DNA of 64,000 nt from Podarcis liolepis (taxonomy: Eukaryota). The notes beneath the pieces were generated by a model, which was not told the origin of the DNA, ran no database searches, and was given only the letters and a program-made list of their open reading frames with translations. Made by a program: the position numbers and the translations under genes. The stretch lies in NCBI GenBank assembly GCA_965112155.1, contig OZ218098.1. One strand, 5' to 3'. This document shows positions 60,716-64,000 of the stretch, piece after piece (the stretch's first letter is position 1; the number at the start of each line of letters is the position of its first letter).

Positions 60716-63628
60716 GAGTGGTCAAGTGGGCTGGGAAGCTGGCCTCCCCATCTCTAGAAGTGGAGTGTCCAGATTACTCTTAATTCCTTCAGTTCCCTTC
60801 AAGTAGCTCTTCTTGTACCCCAGCAGAATCCCTACCTCTTGGTGCCTGTGTGATCTGGACTAATACGTGTTGCTGCAGTGGCCCTTTGGCTGAGAGGAAT
60901 CTATTTCTACTTCTCTTCTTTGGCTCACATTAGTTCTCCACATGCACCCAAGTCAGTTCTGAGCATTCCCATTTTGGAAGGCTACGGCCGCTACTGAACA
61001 CAACCAGCTTGCTACCCTTGATGGAAAAGCTGACCCCCTAAGCCCTATGGAAAACATGGGGTATAAAAGAAGATTGCTTTGTCCTGGAAGTGCCCGTGTT
61101 TCTGAATAGAGAGCTATTTGTACATTTCAAGGAACTCTAGCACTTGTGGTAGGTGCTGTTACAATTTCCCTGCCATGATTTAAAGGTTAGTGCCCTCAGA
61201 TATTGTGGAGCCCACTCTTATCTTTTTGTAATGCCCTTCTGAAGAGAGTGTCTCTGCGAAACTGGCCTTGCTATTAAGGTTTTCCATTGGGGGGGGGATA
61301 GTGATTTTGTGTGTGTTTTGCTCTCCCCCCTGCCAGACGGTAGGAGTCATGCAGGGGGTGTCTGCTGTGGTGGTATTAGCTCTTCAAAATGCCAAAGGCC
61401 AGATTAAAACACTGCCCATTCCTGTAACTGAAGCACAGACATCTGTGCCTCTGGTTGCTGCTGCCTTACCATTGTGATGAGAGCATACTCAAGCAAATGA
61501 CAGATCACTGAGGCCAAACTCAAGAACCTTATGCAGAAACCTCCTTGCCCCAATCTACTGGGCAATCTTGTGCCAAAATTAGGGGAAGGTGAGTTTTCTC
61601 ATTGAAGGACCACTGCCATTGTGTCCTTGTTGAGCTGAAATATAGTTGTTTTACAAATACCAGAATGGCTCTGATGGACCCTTGGTTTCCTTGGCACATG
61701 GAGATAGGAAGCATTGCTGCTCTTTTCTCTGACCTGAGAAAGGTTATACAGCCATGCAGTATGGTTATTCCATAGATTCTTGCCTATGTGAGTCGTTCCC
61801 CCTTTCAGATCAGAAAGCTGAGTTATTCTAAACTCTAAACTAGGCTAAGCCATTGGCCCAAGCACAATAAGTTTTAAGCCAAATGTTTTCTCTCAAAAAT
61901 AGCAGTTTTCTGCTGGGCCTATAGAAGCTTTTGCTTTTTAATAGTGTTGTAAAAGTGCATTTTCACAATGTATTACTGCCAACTGTCGTAAGGCTATTTT
62001 GTCCACACCCAACCCATTAGTTGGCCCTGTAAAATGGCAAGCTTGGAGTTCACAGGATTAGAGATGTTGGGGGTACTTTTCTCCGCCTTCCCAGAACCTG
62101 TGGCTTCCTGTCACAAGACAGTTAGAGGGAAGCTGGCAAGGTGAGTTTTGTAAATGCACAATAGGCTACTGTTTAAAATTGAATAAAAGAAGGACTGTGC
62201 TATGGTTTAAAATCGACAAAGTGAGCACTAAAATCTGCATGTGAATTATCAGTGCCCGTGGCCCAGCCAGATCCTGTGAACTGGATTCCACATCTGTCAC
62301 AGATGGCTGGAAATGGTGAACTGAAGTGCTTGACACTATTATGAGGAGCTGACGAATGTGTTGGTCAGAGTTCATCATCCTACGTAAGTTACAGGATCAG
62401 TCAGCATATAGGAAGTGTTCAGTCTGATAACATATAAACTTAGTTAGAATTTTGGAACAACACAGCAGTTGGGAACATTGATTTTTCTGTTTAGCTGAGA
62501 CATGGAGAGGCTTTCACCAAGAACACTAACAAGTGACCGGCTATGGGAGGAGCAAGAGCCTTTTGCCTTCTAGTATCTCTTGTATAGAATAGTTTAGCAT
62601 GGTTAACTTGCTCACTCCTGTTCAAAGTTCCCAGGTTGGAAGGAAAAGCAGCTGGTTTCCATGGGAATCATTGCCTCGGAAATGGAAGGCCCAGGCACTT
62701 TAGGACACAAGGCTGCAGGTTCAGCCACTGCACTGTAACATTAATTCCTCATCTTCTTTTAGGATTAGGAGCAAGATCAGGCAGGAGGGAGAAAGTGCTG
62801 TCATAGCTGCCCAGTAACACTTTTATGAAGTCCGCAGATTCCCAATTTGTGTGCATGTGTGATTTCCCCCACCCCCAAACACATTGCAAATCTTTGTATT
62901 GCTAGCTACTGCACACAGTTAAAAGTGCACTCACAAAGCCCTGCAAGTAAGCCAGTGTAAAATAGCTCTGTTGCTTTCCCTACTTTGTGGGAGCTTCCAG
63001 GACACCTGGAGTACATACATGGCAGCAATGTCTGCTTTGCCTCATTGCCCTCTCCCCTCACCATTTTTTTTCCATTTTCAAATCTCTTACCATTGTGGGC
63101 GATTGGTGGAGCTGCACGCTAGGCCTGACTGCACCCTACGAATTAAGTTTGCATCTTTGGCCAGTTAACTCCGAACTTCCTTCCCCTTCCCTTTTTTTGA
63201 TTGCTGCCATGTGTGCTGTCTGAATTAGGATGGTAGGCATCCAAGCAAGTGGTTGGAATTACTAGAAGACCAGCATCTCAAAGGGCCAAATATGTCCTTC
63301 CATGCTCCTCTTGTAATAGAGGCCAAGAGCTGGTTAGATCGCCATGGCTGCACATTGTTTTCTGTCCTCCTGCAAACTTCCAGTGCTACACCTGCTTGGC
63401 TGCCCCCTTGTCATGTAGCTTCCATGTTAGATATTGGCCACGGTGCTTCTGTTGGGTGGAGCGCTCCATCTCTATTGTATCCTTTGCTTGCCTAATAAAG
63501 CCCATCAGTGTCTTGGTACCCCCTGAATACACTCTGTGCTCTCACCTCTAGCAGTCAGTCGTGTATCTGTAGTGAGAACAGCTTATGGGTGGTGCTGCTT
63601 ATGCTGAAGCTAATTGGATGCCTTGTGG

Positions 63629-63763
63629 TAGGAGTGGGAAACCTGTGGTCCTCCAGATGTTGGACTCCAGTGCCCATTAGCCATAGCCAGCCTGGCCAGT
63701 TTTCAAGGATGATGGGAATTGTGATCCAGCAACATCTGGAAGGCCACCGGTTTTCCACCTTTG
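63629..63763. mobile_element. hAT-type MITE
   Basis: TSD CCTTGTGG / CCTTATGG; family core sequence. Confidence 0.8.
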
Positions 63764-64000
63764 CCTTATGGCAAGTCTCTTTGCTGACTCAGCAGAGGTC
63801 TTTGATGGCCAAGTGACCCCTGGTTGTGTGTTCTCCACCAGGGTCTGTATGCAGAGTTTACAGCTTTGCTTTTTGTTGCTGTTATCTTGCATTTTTGTTC
63901 TCATTGATGTTTATTGGGAGCAGGGCTGGGGTTTTTTATTTTTATTTTTACTGTGACATTAATTTACACACCCATGTTTATTTCCTTCTAATGGTACCAA

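Overview
Vertebrate genomic DNA, very probably a squamate. The SINE/MITE repertoire suggests a lacertid lizard (inference). The window holds the conserved F2-ZNF408-ARHGAP1 block. (1) Prothrombin F2 on the minus strand: exons 1-11 resolved by GT-AG sites and phase (18487 down to 1677); exons 12-14 were not found and presumably lie left of the window. (2) ZNF408 on the minus strand (33632-23739): PR/SET-like N-terminus, 10 C2H2 fingers, and one extra candidate exon. (3) ARHGAP1 on the plus strand: 12 coding exons, 41231-60477, 435 aa, head-to-head with ZNF408 across a compact CpG-island promoter. Introns carry many MITEs, SINEs, LINE remnants and a solo LTR. The most unusual object is a 2.16-kb Tc2/pogo-type element in F2 intron 8. 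Its interior is an array of about 32 GC-rich units in alternating orientation, i.e. serial hairpins with loops present in both flip and flop forms. Other leads are a frame-preserving 30-nt candidate microexon in ARHGAP1 intron 3, an 87-nt candidate ZNF408 cassette exon, a solo LTR spanned by an open acidic ORF, and divergent prothrombin activation and linker sequences. No prokaryotic-type systems (CRISPR, operons) are present.
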